From contig BDGG01000001.1 in the NCBI GenBank assembly GCA_001949185.1, forward strand, positions 2,091,548-2,155,547: a stretch of DNA of 64,000 bases, in the 5' to 3' direction. This stretch comes from Ramazzottius varieornatus. Taxonomy: Eukaryota; Animalia; Tardigrada. Of this stretch, positions 49,692 through 62,138 are shown in pieces. Below the pieces are notes generated by a model. That model searched no databases, had not been told where the DNA came from, and worked only from the letters and a program-made list of their open reading frames with translations. The position numbers and the translations under genes are program-made. Every line of letters starts with the position of its first letter. Position 1 is the stretch's first letter.

Positions 49692-52344
49692 CTACGAGGA
49701 CATGGAGAGGTCCATGGAGGAGCTGTCGCTTTCGGGACAGAGGCTGCCGTCGTGCGAGCTGTGAGCCTCCCGATGGATGCAGCTGGATTCGTAGTGCTTG
49801 CTGAGGTACGACTTGAGCGAGAAGCTCTTGCCGCAGTATTTGCACACATGTTGCCGCGCTGTGCTGTGCGTCTGCATGTGAGCCCGCAGGTTGCTGCGGT
49901 CCGCGAAGGACTTTCCACAGGCACATTCGAAGGGCTTTTCGCCCGTGTGACTTCGAAGATGACCCTGCAAACCCAAAATCCACAAATCAGTAACCAGAAA
50001 AAGCACCAACCACAATTTCCAGCTTCCTTCGGCTGAAATTAGAGACATGAAATCTATATTCAGAAAAAGAGTCTCAGAAAATTAAGTTCGTTTACTAGAA
50101 ATAGAACGAGTTCAAATCTTCACAAATATTTGCGAGCTCGCCAAAGAAACTCGACAAAATCGTTGTTACAAGTGGCGCACGATTCTGGCCAACAGCCATG
50201 TAAGGTTGCGCCACTTCGAAAACAACACGTCGAGTTTGTTCGGTTTCCCACGCGGCGCACATTTCGGCGACACTGAATGGAAGCGTGCGCCGCTTGGAGA
50301 AACGAACTTGTCGAGTTTTATTTGGTGACTTCCGTTTTTCTATAACTTTCGCTTACTGTAAATATTCGCTGCGTCCGCGCACTACGTCATCGTAAAAGTG
50401 AAGTACAGCCCCGGTCCAGTTTGACAAGTCGCGCAACCCCCTACGGGGGTGCATCGTTACGTACGCGTACGTACTGCGTGGATGCAGTGAATATTTACAG
50501 TATTGATTTTTTCAGTTCATACAGAATATTCCACATTAGCAAATTTTTCTTCTGAGTTATGTGAGATGCTGAAATAAAAAATAGCTGGCTTTATTTCTAC
50601 AAGCGGTCCGATGTACCTGGAGGAGCCAAGGTCGGCTAAACTTCTTATCACAGACATGGCATTTATGGCAGAGTTTGTGTGTGAGAAGGTGCATGGATAA
50701 GGCCGGCATGCTGACGTAGGTCTTGCCACAGGTGGGGCAGCGCTTGGCGTTGCCGCTCTCCAAGCTGCGATGCGTCTGTTTGTGGCGCGAGAGGTTGCTA
50801 CTTGTTGCGTAGCTCTTGCCGCAATCGTTGCAGGTGTAGCGGGCTCCCTTGGTGTCTCCCACGATCTCGCCGTCATCACCACCCCTTTCCCGACTACTCT
50901 CTCCGCTCTCGACGAGGCCTTCGTTGTTGCTCGTCGGTCCCTTCTGGCGCTTTTTCCGTGAGCGACCGTCAGTGATGAGTACGGTGCTCTTTGTGGGGGA
51001 ACCTTGCTCGGAAGCACGCTCCATGGCTGAAGCAGGTCTCTTGGAGGGAGACGACGGCGTACTAGAGTTGCGTTTCCTCTTTGATGGAGATGAAGTGGCT
51101 GATGTGGGCTCTTTGTGCGTAGTGGAGCTGTCTCCTTTTGACAGCAGCGTGTTCTCGTTGGGTGAACATGGCGGCGTCGGAAGCACTACAGACAAAAAAG
51201 TTGAAAAACAGCACACAAAATAACACTGTCCCAGAAGATTATATCCTCACCAAATCAACGGAGAACATTCTCAAAGACTAGAGCAACACAGTGCACCAGC
51301 ATTCTGAATCGATGCAAAAGCAGCTTATTCAATTTCAAATGCGAATGGTGCAACCCGGTGTCCATGTCGATCTTATTCATTTTGCTGCGTTGACTCCGAC
51401 AAAATCTAGATCTACAGTAATTTTAAAAACGTTTGTGGAAAGTATTGTCCTTCAGCTGTATGAGCCCAAAAATCTTCAACTATAAATTTTTGTTTTCGGT
51501 TTTCACTGAAGGGAGCCCCGGTGGAGGGTCAATGAAAAAGAAAATTGAGGGGAGCTGGAAAATACGATGTTCGAGAAAATTAGCCTGTACCACTTCCGCC
51601 TACGTCTTCCCTGCCCTCTGCTCAACCCACCCACTCTGTGGACTTTTCAGTGGAAAATTCTGGCCATTCATCTGTGAGAGTAATGATAGTAAATGTGTTC
51701 TACCTAGTTCCCATTCATACCTGTTGCAAGATTAATAACGGTGTTGCTTGTGGCGGTGCTCGTGCCACACTTGCCATCCCTGCTTGTGGATCCTGTCGTA
51801 TCGACGCGCAGACACTTGTTGTCGATCATGAGTGAAGCTGCAGGAGCAGACAGTGGAGTGAAAGCCGTTGCAGCTGCCGCACCTGGCCCCACTGTCGTAT
51901 AAATTAGTCCTACATCCAACAAAAACACGAATTATTCAGAAATTCATAATTTAGTTAAAAAACTGTGGTGCCGATAGAAGTGCAAACTCGTTATCCTTTT
52001 TATACGGCAGAAAGTTCAAAGTGCGACGATTCGAATCCCCAAATCCAAATTTTTACTTTTTCAAAAGCTACAAATTTCTGGAAAATTCAAGTGAAATTCG
52101 CACCTGAACTGGAAGTTCCCGTCACGACACTGGATGGTAGAGGAGGATGTTGATGAGCTGATGAGCGTGTTGTGACATGACGAAACAGCTCAAAGGCTGA
52201 AGTAGCGCGATGATGGTTGAAAATGGGGCTACCATCTGTTGATTTCTCTTTGGCCGCAGCCAGCTCCCTTTGCTGTCTGACCTTTTCGGCAGCTCGCTGG
52301 TCATTCCAAAAGGTACTTTTACGTACCAAGAACACCTTCGGCAT
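49692..52344 (-). CDS. scrt: Scratch (Snail-superfamily C2H2 transcriptional repressor)
   Basis: [13 protein letters not shown] (ATG 52344); scratch domain [10 protein letters not shown]; five zinc fingers [75 protein letters not shown]. Confidence 0.95.
50146..50320. repeat. Palindromic element, tandem doublet (scratch intron)
   Basis: Cores 50170-50216 (spacer 25) and 50250-50295 (spacer 24); outer AAACTCGAC / GTCGAGTTT. Confidence 0.85.
50354..50502. mobile_element. TA-flanked MITE (Tc1/mariner-type) in scratch intron
   Basis: TACTGTAAATATTCGCTGCGTCCGCGCA ... TGCGTGGATGCAGTGAATATTTACAGTA inverted ends. Confidence 0.75.
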
Positions 52345-55300
52345 TCCTGTAAAATATTCCGAAGAGATCACAACAGGATATTCTGAAAAACTATCGACAG
52401 GTTTTCCATCGAGCGACAAACAACCCCTTCCCGATTGATTTATTCCGATTTGCAACTCACTAGCTTAATTTGGTATTCTCCCAGCAGACCGAACGAGGGA
52501 AGGCACACGAACAGCCTGGAGGATGGATGGAAAAGGGGAATGGATATGAAAGGCTGGCGCGTGTCTGATAAGCCTGCGCGCAAAGTCAGGTCGATCGGTC
52601 AGCCCGAAGACACACACGCGTTGCTCCCGAATATATTCCTTATCCCGTTATCCAGTCGACGATGGGAAATGGCCAGAATGGAAGCAGCAGACGTTCGTCG
52701 GTTGCGCTCGGGCTAGCAGAAACGAAACACTGACTGTTGAATGTTGGGAATATATTCGAATGACACAACCGGACTGAACTGAAGGAATAATTCCTCTCAC
52801 TTACAGCTTTACCATCCATCGATGGAGTGGGAAGAGAGGCAAGCCGGCGTGCAGCTTCCGTCGATCCTGATGGCGTAAAGGGAGGCTGGAACGGAGGATG
52901 TATGACGGAGTCCAGAGAGGGGAAGAGGAGAAAATCGAAACTGCTCTCATGCAAGCCTGTTGGCGCAAACTTATAACAACAGGGAGGCGGAGTCATCGCA
53001 TAGAATCCCAGTTTCTTATTGGCTCCGTCTTCGTACAGTGTTTGGAAGTTCGAACGCAGATGCAACAGCTGTCACTGCTTCGAAGAGATTCGAGGAGGAG
53101 GAAGAGCTGGACTTTAATAAAATTCCTGTTTATGCAGATATATAGTCGAGCGAGCCCGACTTTCCATTTCAACCTTTACCAAGATGCTGACTTTTATTTT
53201 GTAATGCAGATTTGCCAGGTTTTCCCTTGTTTAGAATTCATCAAGCAAAATCACATCTCGGTCGATCGATCTCAACAAAGTTTGACTCTAGAAAACAGGA
53301 TTAAAAAACAAAGTGGAAGAAAGCACAGGAAACGATAACTTCATGTCCTGTCAGGAAGAAGAGTGCATCATTAATCATCTAAATAATTCTTCGACGTGGG
53401 ATGCTGACGAAAAACTGGGCGTTGTCCCGCTTCCCATAGTCTGCTCTGGACCCCAAAGTGCTGGGCTTGCCCGGAAAGTTTCTATCAGCTCTTCGTCAAA
53501 CAAAGTATCAGATAGTGAGTGCTTTTTGCACATCTCTTCGCCCGTATCATAGATCTTGCATGAGCAATAGTGTGAAATTTCAATCTGTGCTCGATGAGGA
53601 AAGGAGGAAGAGCAGGGAGATGAATCGAGGCGGATGGTGCTGGCCGATGACGCAGTCGGTACATTTACTTCAATTTCCTCTCCATTTGTCCCCCTTGCTT
53701 TGGTAAGCCTGACCCGGGATCGAGACTATGTTTTCTTCCCATCCTTCTATCACCCTTTGTTTGTCATAGCCACCATCCACGAAACCTATATGGCGATGTC
53801 ATTCATCAATTGAAGCAAGATCGGGATTTGTGCGCCCGTCCTATTGAGCGGAAGCAAGCAGACATGCCAGAAACGGGAGCGCAGTGGACAACGGAGCTCG
53901 AGCCTTCAAAATCCATACGCGTGTAATTGGTCTTCGATTGCTAAACAGCTCCTCAAGATTACAAAATGGTCGAGCTCTCTAGCTGGCAGCTCTCTAGCTC
54001 TTGCAGCTTTTTTCCATCAGCCACAGCTGGTTGGACAAGATTACCATGCCGTGCTCCTTTTGAGATCCTTTCAGCTTCACTTGAAGAGTCTTTTGCCGTC
54101 CAACTCATTTGGCGCCATCACAAGCTATGTTTTTCTTCCCTTTTTAATTCACTGGCTGTTCTTTTTTCCACTGGCTTTTAGCATCGATAGTTTAATTTGG
54201 CAGGCACGTTCGATGGGGTGTTTTCACTTGGTGTGTTCCTAGTAGGTCCAGGATGGGACTTGGATGCTGTTACATGCAGATGCAGAAAGGCCACTGCGAA
54301 AATGCCGGGCTTGAGGAGAAGGAGCAGAAAATGATGAATGACACTGCTTGTCCTTGATTACGACTTTGCGTGACAGTTTAAAAGATTTTTGTCATTTACT
54401 TTGTCCGACGTGCAAAGAAACTTGCAGTTCCCTTTGGGAGATCGCTGCTTTTACGTTCGCGCCTGTCAGCGATGCACAACAAGACAAAAAAGCTCGTCCC
54501 TTGGTTCCACTATCTCCTCGCTCACAGATCCATTCTGCAATACCCTGACGGCAAACCCGGGTGATCCTCTTGGATGAACCAACATTCCAACCTTTCGAAC
54601 GATCCTCAAAATATCGATATCAGAGGGGAAATCAGTTGGTGGTTCACAGCCACCCTGACCAACAGACGCACTTCCTTGCGTTGGCTGAACAACAGGTGGC
54701 CACGTAAGCCTACGTGCCAAACACCGCAGCATAATCACGCGGTATTTTCCAACCAACTTGGGCCATATTGATCACGTGCTTCGATAGCTGTCCAAGACAC
54801 TGGAAGTCATACTCATTTGTTCTCAGCAGACAACGCCCTGATTTATGTTGTTCTTTCTGTTATTAGTTGTTTGGCTCCGAACTTTGCCTTCGATTGTTTC
54901 ATACTTTTTCTAGTTTGTGGTCTAAACCTGACAAATTTCTACTACGATTCTCGTTCAAACATAATCGATAAAAGTCCAGTTTTGCACGTTCAAGTTAACC
55001 ATGCAACTCCGGATCCGACAAAGTCTTCGAGCCATGCGTCTGTAATCTTTGGCTACGAGCAAGGCTTCTCTTCGGCCATGTTGGTCAGTCAGTCAGTGCA
55101 GTATTGATTTCGCATATCGATCGTATGGAAAATGGATTGGGAAGCGAAGAGGACAAAGTGTTCCTGTTGCAGCCAGGCGTTCGATTTCAGCCTGTTGTGC
55201 CCCGACCGTGCCTTAATTGCACAGAGTGCCTGGGATACTGGCACAAAATCGCTCTTCCTAGTTTCCATACTGACGAGGTTTGAAGTTGCCTTGATCAAAC

Positions 55301-57432
55301 TGTTCATGGGTGGTTATCGATTCCCATTCGATATGGCTTCGTCCAGCCACACTTTTCACCAAGTCTCCGCTGTATACACATTGAGCGCGATTTGAGTCAA
55401 CATGAAATATCTTTGGCTTCCCATCTGAATGAGCTAAAGCAATCCGGTATCGTCTTTCCATATTTGAAGGCCTCATTCAAATTGCGTCAGCGCCTCAAGT
55501 AAAATTCCAACTGTAGTCATCTTTTTTTCGAGATATTACAGCCTTATCTAGCAAAAATATCATCAGTATTTCGTTTAGTTATTTTGCTCAGCGCGTTTCT
55601 GGGATATCGAGAACATAAAGTGCGCCAGTCAAGATGTAACAGGTGCCGTGACCCTAGCGTATAAAGTCCATCTTGAATCGCAATCAGTGTGAAAGGTGCC
55701 ATTGTCAGTCGATATAAAGAGACATTTGGTCGATTTTAGAGGATTATTGTGGTCAGCTCCCATGGCCTTTGAGCAAATGAGAATTAAAGATCCAGATTGC
55801 TTGAAACTTCCATTGAGGAGCGAGCTGCGTTTTAAAGTGAGCTGTATAAGCTCCCGACGCGCACCTTGCAGTAATTACCATCATGCTTTAATTACCACAG
55901 GCCATCTGAACCATCTTGTAGAATGTCCATTGTTCAAGGTGAAGATAAAGTTTAGAATATCAACATCTGTCGCGTGTGTGCTCTTCAAAATCGGGTCGTC
56001 TCAACCTCCATCAATACTTCATTCTTTTGAACGCCCTGTAAAACTAGCTGGACTCGGCACGCGTCTTTCGACTTCCTTATTCGGAGAAAATTTGGGTCCA
56101 AGGTTCGAGCCGTATATTGCACTGTTACGTCACAGTTTGACCCGTGAAATGACCGGATAATGTGGACAGATCGGTGCAAGGTGGCCGAAGGTGGCCACGA
56201 GCTCTTGGACAATTGCGTCGTCTTATGGTAAAGGGCAATCATTATGTCATCTGTCGGTAGGATAGCAAGAGGGCTGCCCATTGTCCAGCAAGACGTTGAC
56301 CTGTAGCCTTTCTGCTGCAACATACTGTGATTATTGCGCCATACGCCAAGCTCTTGATGGGAGATGACAGCATCTGGCGAAGTAAACAATAAAGGCCAAA
56401 TATTCCTCTCCGTTTCACTTTCAACCCCCACTCGAACCTTCAAGAATTATTATGGATAATACGAAAAGCAGTCAGGAACGGATAACAACGCAAGTCTTCC
56501 GACAGAAAGAAAAATGAGAATGTTCATATTCGTGTTCAAATTTCACCCTCCTCGTTTCGACGTCGAACTTTGCTGTTCAAAAATCACCTGGAATATTCTT
56601 CGTTTATAAGACCTCATACCTAGTTGTAATTGTTAGACTATGGAAAATTTTACAAAGGTGTGAAGGGGTTTCGATTAGTTTTTCGTCCAGGCGCTTGATC
56701 ACCTGACTTTTGTCCGAATGATCGCCGCATAAGCACAAGGCGGGGGGAAGGGGGCATGTGCCGTAAGAGATGATTAACAATTGTATGGATCAAATCCTTT
56801 AGTTACGTTATTCAAGATGCAACCATCGGCTGCTTTGTCCTCACATCTGTTACTAATTGCAACGCAATAATCTTCCGCACAGGTCAACCCAGGTCGTTTG
56901 CCATTTGGACCTGTCCACCAGACCAGTTGACGGAACCATTGGAAGTACCCAGACGAGCATGCTTCCCGCCTGTCACTTCCGGGTTCATAAACAAGCACCA
57001 CGAAAAATCCATCTCCTAACGAGTATTTTGAAACTTATTGTGGTATAAAGAAGACTACTCCAGCCATTAGAATCATCTAGGGGCAACGAAACATTACGCA
57101 ACCCATTAAAGATCATGCGCCATATATAGAGCCGGGCCTATAACTCGATTAGGTAACGGGCTTTTTACAAATGAAAGCCGCGACCTTCTGCGTCAACTTC
57201 ATGAGGACAAAAAAGCCTGACCATGAGCCACTGTCTGCCATAGAGAACGCGCCACACCTTACCATAACGATACTATAATTGTTTCTCGATTACCTCAGCT
57301 ATGCGGAAAAAAGAGCAACAGTTGGCCGCAAACCCACCTTACATAACCCACCTTACCAAGCGGACATCAAGAAACAATACGAAAAAAACCTGAGCGGGCA
57401 GGAAATGTCTAAAAGTGTTCAGTGTGTTAGAT

Positions 57433-58896
57433 TCACTTGACCATCATAGCTCCGGCTCCTCCAGCGCCAGCTCCTCCACCACCGGGCCCCCCTGCTGGTG
57501 GCGGCTCCTGTGGACAACACTTCACGATCGAGGGACCTACCATACATCGGCACATTGGCATACCCATTTGGGCACGGCACTGGAGTAAAGGTATCCATTC
57601 CGTATCCTTTGCACATTCTCCGGCCACATTACAGAACATTCTAGCCCACCTAAACGAAATGAACGAGCCTTAGAAATCCTTCAACGAGCCTTAGAAATCC
57701 TTCATACTTTGGACAATGCTGAGGTTCCATCGGCGCTGCCGGAGCTCCCATCCCCATACCACCTCCCAGGCCACCACCCATCATCCCCAATCCAAGTCCT
57801 GCTCCTAACATCCTTCCGTTCATCCCGCCGAATCCCGTCATCCCGCCAAATCCACCTGAAAATGCAAGGGAGTAATTTTGAGCATTGGACCTATTCTTCT
57901 GATTGTCATAGATCCCATATGCACAGCTCTTACAGCCAGATAAAAAAAATTAGACGTTTTTTGCGCAAGCAGAATTTACTAAGAAAGTAGCGCGCTGATA
58001 ATATGGCGAAACAGGACATACTATAAAATGGAAAATAATTCCAAGGGAATATACCAGGCATGTTGCCTCCAAATCCGGCACTGTGAAAGGCCGCCGATCG
58101 GGACCCGGTGTTTTGTGAAGGGTGCATTCTCAATCCCGATATGGCCGCTGCCGTGAAGGGGTTCGAGAACATCGACATCATCCCGGGACCACCCATACCG
58201 TTCATTCCCATTCCTCCGTTTAGCACGCTTAACATGGAGGCAATGCCGCCCATTCCACCGAATCCACCTGAAATACAACAGGAAGAACCCTGAATATTTG
58301 GAATATCCTCGTCGCTGATCATATCTTACCTCCCATCCCCATTCCCGATCCCATTCCTCCCATCCCGCCCAGTCCCCCCATCCCTCCACCCATTCCACCC
58401 ATCCCTCCGCCCATTCCACCCATAGCCTGGATCGAGAAACAAAATTTATAATACCATTTGGCTGTTAACAAAAATACATACAGCAAGTTAGCAAAAATGA
58501 CTAATAACCGACCGGCAAAAAAGCACCCGATCGCCAGTGAAAATAACGGTAGGTTATCTCATTACTCACGCTCATCATCATGAGTGACTCCATGCTTTCG
58601 CGGAGGGATTCCATGCTGATACCTGCTAGCTGAGGTCCGGTGGAATTGTGGTTGAAAATGTTCACTTGAGCTTCGGGAGCAAACTCGGTCGGCGGCAGGA
58701 AACCCAGTTCGGGATGGGGAGTGTCCGTGGCAGGGACCAGGGTCGTCCCGACTAGCCCAGTTGACTGCTGGACACCTTCGAGGTTGGAAGGACCAGCTGA
58801 TAAAACATCTATGCTAGTCATGTTGAAGGCAAAACTTTCACCACGAAATAAAATTCCCAACAGAAATACTGGATATGAAAGTATTAAAAACTCCAT
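57433..58896 (-). CDS. Secreted Gly/Met-rich protein with C-terminal 8-Cys module
   Basis: Signal MEFLILSYPVFLLGILFRGESFA; GGMG-repeat exons; spliced HCPKWARMFCNVAGECAKDTEWIPLLQCRAQMGMPMCRCMVGPSIVKCCPQ..MMVK*. Confidence 0.7.
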
Positions 58897-59316
58897 CAGG
58901 AAATCTGTCTGCGATCTAATGTCAAGTACAAGAAATGAAATGACGTTGGAAGATAGGGAAAAGCTGTTAACGTGGATCTTCACCGTTCAATCACCGACAT
59001 TTCGAGACAAGACTCGATGATACCGACGATACTCGGACTGACCTGTGGGTTTCGACAAAAGCGAGACGCGGTTTACACGGCATCGTTTTGGCGTTTCCAG
59101 TTGTTTATCAATTTATGCTGTCATTCGGAAATCCGAAGCCTGCAAGGATACAAAAGACAAACGAGTTTAACGTGGAGACCTCTCACAACCGACACGAGTA
59201 TCCATTGATGGGGTCTTTGTTGGCCTGGCCTTACCGCTGAGATGGTAATGCGGATACCTTGGACTTGACCAGCAGCTCTCAAGAGCCCGAACGCGAACGC
59301 TGCTAACTCGAGCAGA

Positions 59317-61703
59317 TGGGAGCCAAGCTCAGCCAGCCAGTGCGTGGTGGGTACTACAGTACACCTCATACTTTTCTGTAGTCTAGATCCTGATGGACTT
59401 TCACAAGTTTCACAAGCTCGGACGGTACCGAACAGTAGGATGTTCGGCCGCACATTCTCCACCGGCTATCGATTCATCCTTCCTCATCTTCCATACGAAC
59501 CGTACTGATTCGTACCACAAGAAAAAGCAACCTTTGGCACCGTGTCTTCAGGATGCTGTTGTACACCCATTGTTACGGCGGGCAACAAGCTGAGGTCCTC
59601 TAGTGGAAGAATTTCTGATCGCGACTTCACATTCATACAGGTCTAAAACTGGCGCGCACATCATATCTAATACTTATAATGACACTTATAAATTATAATC
59701 GACCACTGGGCACTGGCCGGTCTATCGCATGGCTGGCCCTTATGGTCTGCCAGCCAGGCATGCAAGTCATAAGGTGCAAATCGATCAGCTGGGAGGAAAA
59801 CCTGGGAATTTGCCTTGCTGTTCTGCTCCGAAGTCCGGATCTCTTTCAACTTCTAGCGCAGTGCGCAACCACCTGCTGATTGCGTCGTTTCACCTTGGGC
59901 GCTTATCTGGTTGTTTTTTCGCAGAACGGAGGTACCGTGCCCGATCGAGAAACGGAGAGCCCATGGTGGGACAAAGGGGGTTTACTTCTGGTGTCGGCCC
60001 TGCCTTCCACAACCAGCTGGATAACAACGCTGTCACAATTCTACGTATCCCGTTGATCCCCGTCAAGCACCGCAAGCCCATCACCAAGCGTTCAGCCCGA
60101 GGTCGGTTTGGCCGGGGAGACTTCCGTAACAAGCGTCGTCCGCCTAGGAACCACGAAAGCCGGCCCTATCCTTCCACCCACGATGACCTGCATCTACGTG
60201 GACTTCTGGATGGAAATCAAGTCTTCCTGTACGATCGTGCCGACTACCGCTTCCTCCGCCTTCACCGTGTAAGATCGACTTCTGTCTTTGTTCTTCAAAG
60301 CTTCGGCAAGCAAGTTTCTTCTGCAGGGTTGCTTCGGAGAATTTATCAAGCAATCTTCTCGCGGCCCAGATACTCGATCGACTTCCGGTGGCGGAGATGG
60401 TGATGAAGAAGACGTGGGTGTCTTCCCTCCACCTCTTGATGCTCAACCAGTAGCTGCTCTGAACCTGTACGAAGCGTACTTCTTGGCGGTGGAATGTGAC
60501 AGCTTGGTAATCTGAGATGGATCGACGGAGACCGCGGTGCTCATTGACCAGCACAACTTGATGGCGCTCTTCGTCGACATCGATCCGACTTTCCCGCAGT
60601 TCTTTGCAGTGTACTATCATTTCCGAATGTTAAAGTACGTGGTCACTTCTGGCGTAAAGTTCGGCGTTGACATGGGTAAGCGAGGCCTTGATCAGCCGTT
60701 TTGCGCAGTTGGACGAGTTTCATCCACTTCGTGCTTTTGTCTTGCAGCTTTGTACCAGTACGGTCCTTCCAAGACTCACTCCATCTACCTGGTCTATGTG
60801 ATTATTCCTGGTGTTCGCGATCAAGCATAATAATGCTCGACACCCTTCAACGCATCGCGAACGCAACCAAGAAAGACGGCTTGCTGGTTCAAGTCAACTC
60901 GCTCCACTTGTCCGAGGAACATTTGAGTCAAACTCACAGCTTGACGCAAATGAAAATAACGGTAAGAGGTCTTACCGTTTTAGCCGTGCTGTTTCAGGCT
61001 CTGATGGTTGGCGGACTCGGCACGGAAAAGGTGCCTTAGTTAGGAGCGGTTCTCCATCAATCAAACACTCCTGGTGTAGCCATCCGAGGAGCGTTCTCTG
61101 GGATGTGGCTTGTTGAGAAATTTCTCTTCCTACGCTAGCGTCCCTGTCGAGTTTAAAATTCGAAACAAGACGGGTCAGGACATCGAAGTCGTGTGGCCAT
61201 CTGTGGACAAAGAACTAGAGTTGGAGGTAATAGTTGTAAATCTGGTTACAGTCCAGAAGTTCAAAGATTCGCCAAAGGTGAGTGGAGAAGAGTCCAGCCG
61301 GAAGTACCTCAAGAGTTCCAATTGCAATCGGGCTCTTCGCCCAAACTCCATTGTCACATATAAGTTCAAGACGATGTCCTGAAAATACATTTGACAGATC
61401 TGAAACTTGTCTTTTTCGGACAAAACTACGGGTGACGGAGAATCTTGCCACTGGGAAGAAGAAGCGTCAACAAAACTTGAGAATGCCGTAGTTTGGGCCA
61501 CGAACTTGGGCGCCGACGGCATCCCGTGGAAGAAGGCAAAGAGTCAAAAGTTTACACTTTTGACGTTCCCTGAAGCCGAAGGAAGATCGTTCTCTGAAGT
61601 TTACTTGGTGTCGACAGTCATAGCTGTAGAAGTCAACAAGACGGCCGACGAGTACGAAAGAAAGCACACAGGGTCTGAGGTAACATTTCACTTCAAACCA
61701 TAG
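59317..61703 (+). CDS. Possible spliced gene(s) of unknown function
   Basis: MGAKLSQPVR start followed by a donor-like site, several coding-like ORFs with GT/AG borders (59924-60270, 61110-61382, 61407-61703). I could not build a consistent reading frame. Confidence 0.3.
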
Positions 61704-62138
61704 CAAGGATTAGTCCTTGGCTACCATCTGCGTGCTGTTAGCCTACACACGGAAGTCACGGTCTTCCGCGTGAACACTTCTTATAAGATCTTATCTGGAG
61801 CGGGGGATCAAATTCCTAACTTAGAGTTAGTCTCGACTCTCGAGCACCTCTGATGTCAAGCCTTCGAACTTTTACCAGCCATCGTTTTTTCCCACTTCAC
61901 ATCCTCGTTCTTAGCTTTCCCTATGCTTTTACAGGGAGCTTCGCATTACTTCAAATTGGAAAACACATGTTTTCGGTTAGTATTGACAAGTTAACCAGGG
62001 TTTTAGGATCGTTCAAAATCTATACTTTTCTGCGTGAAAAAACATGGGTTTAACTCACAAACGGTCGATATCGAACGTCGAACGATAACGTATGGTGACG
62101 AGCACACTATCGCAAATATTACGAATCAACTTTTCAAG

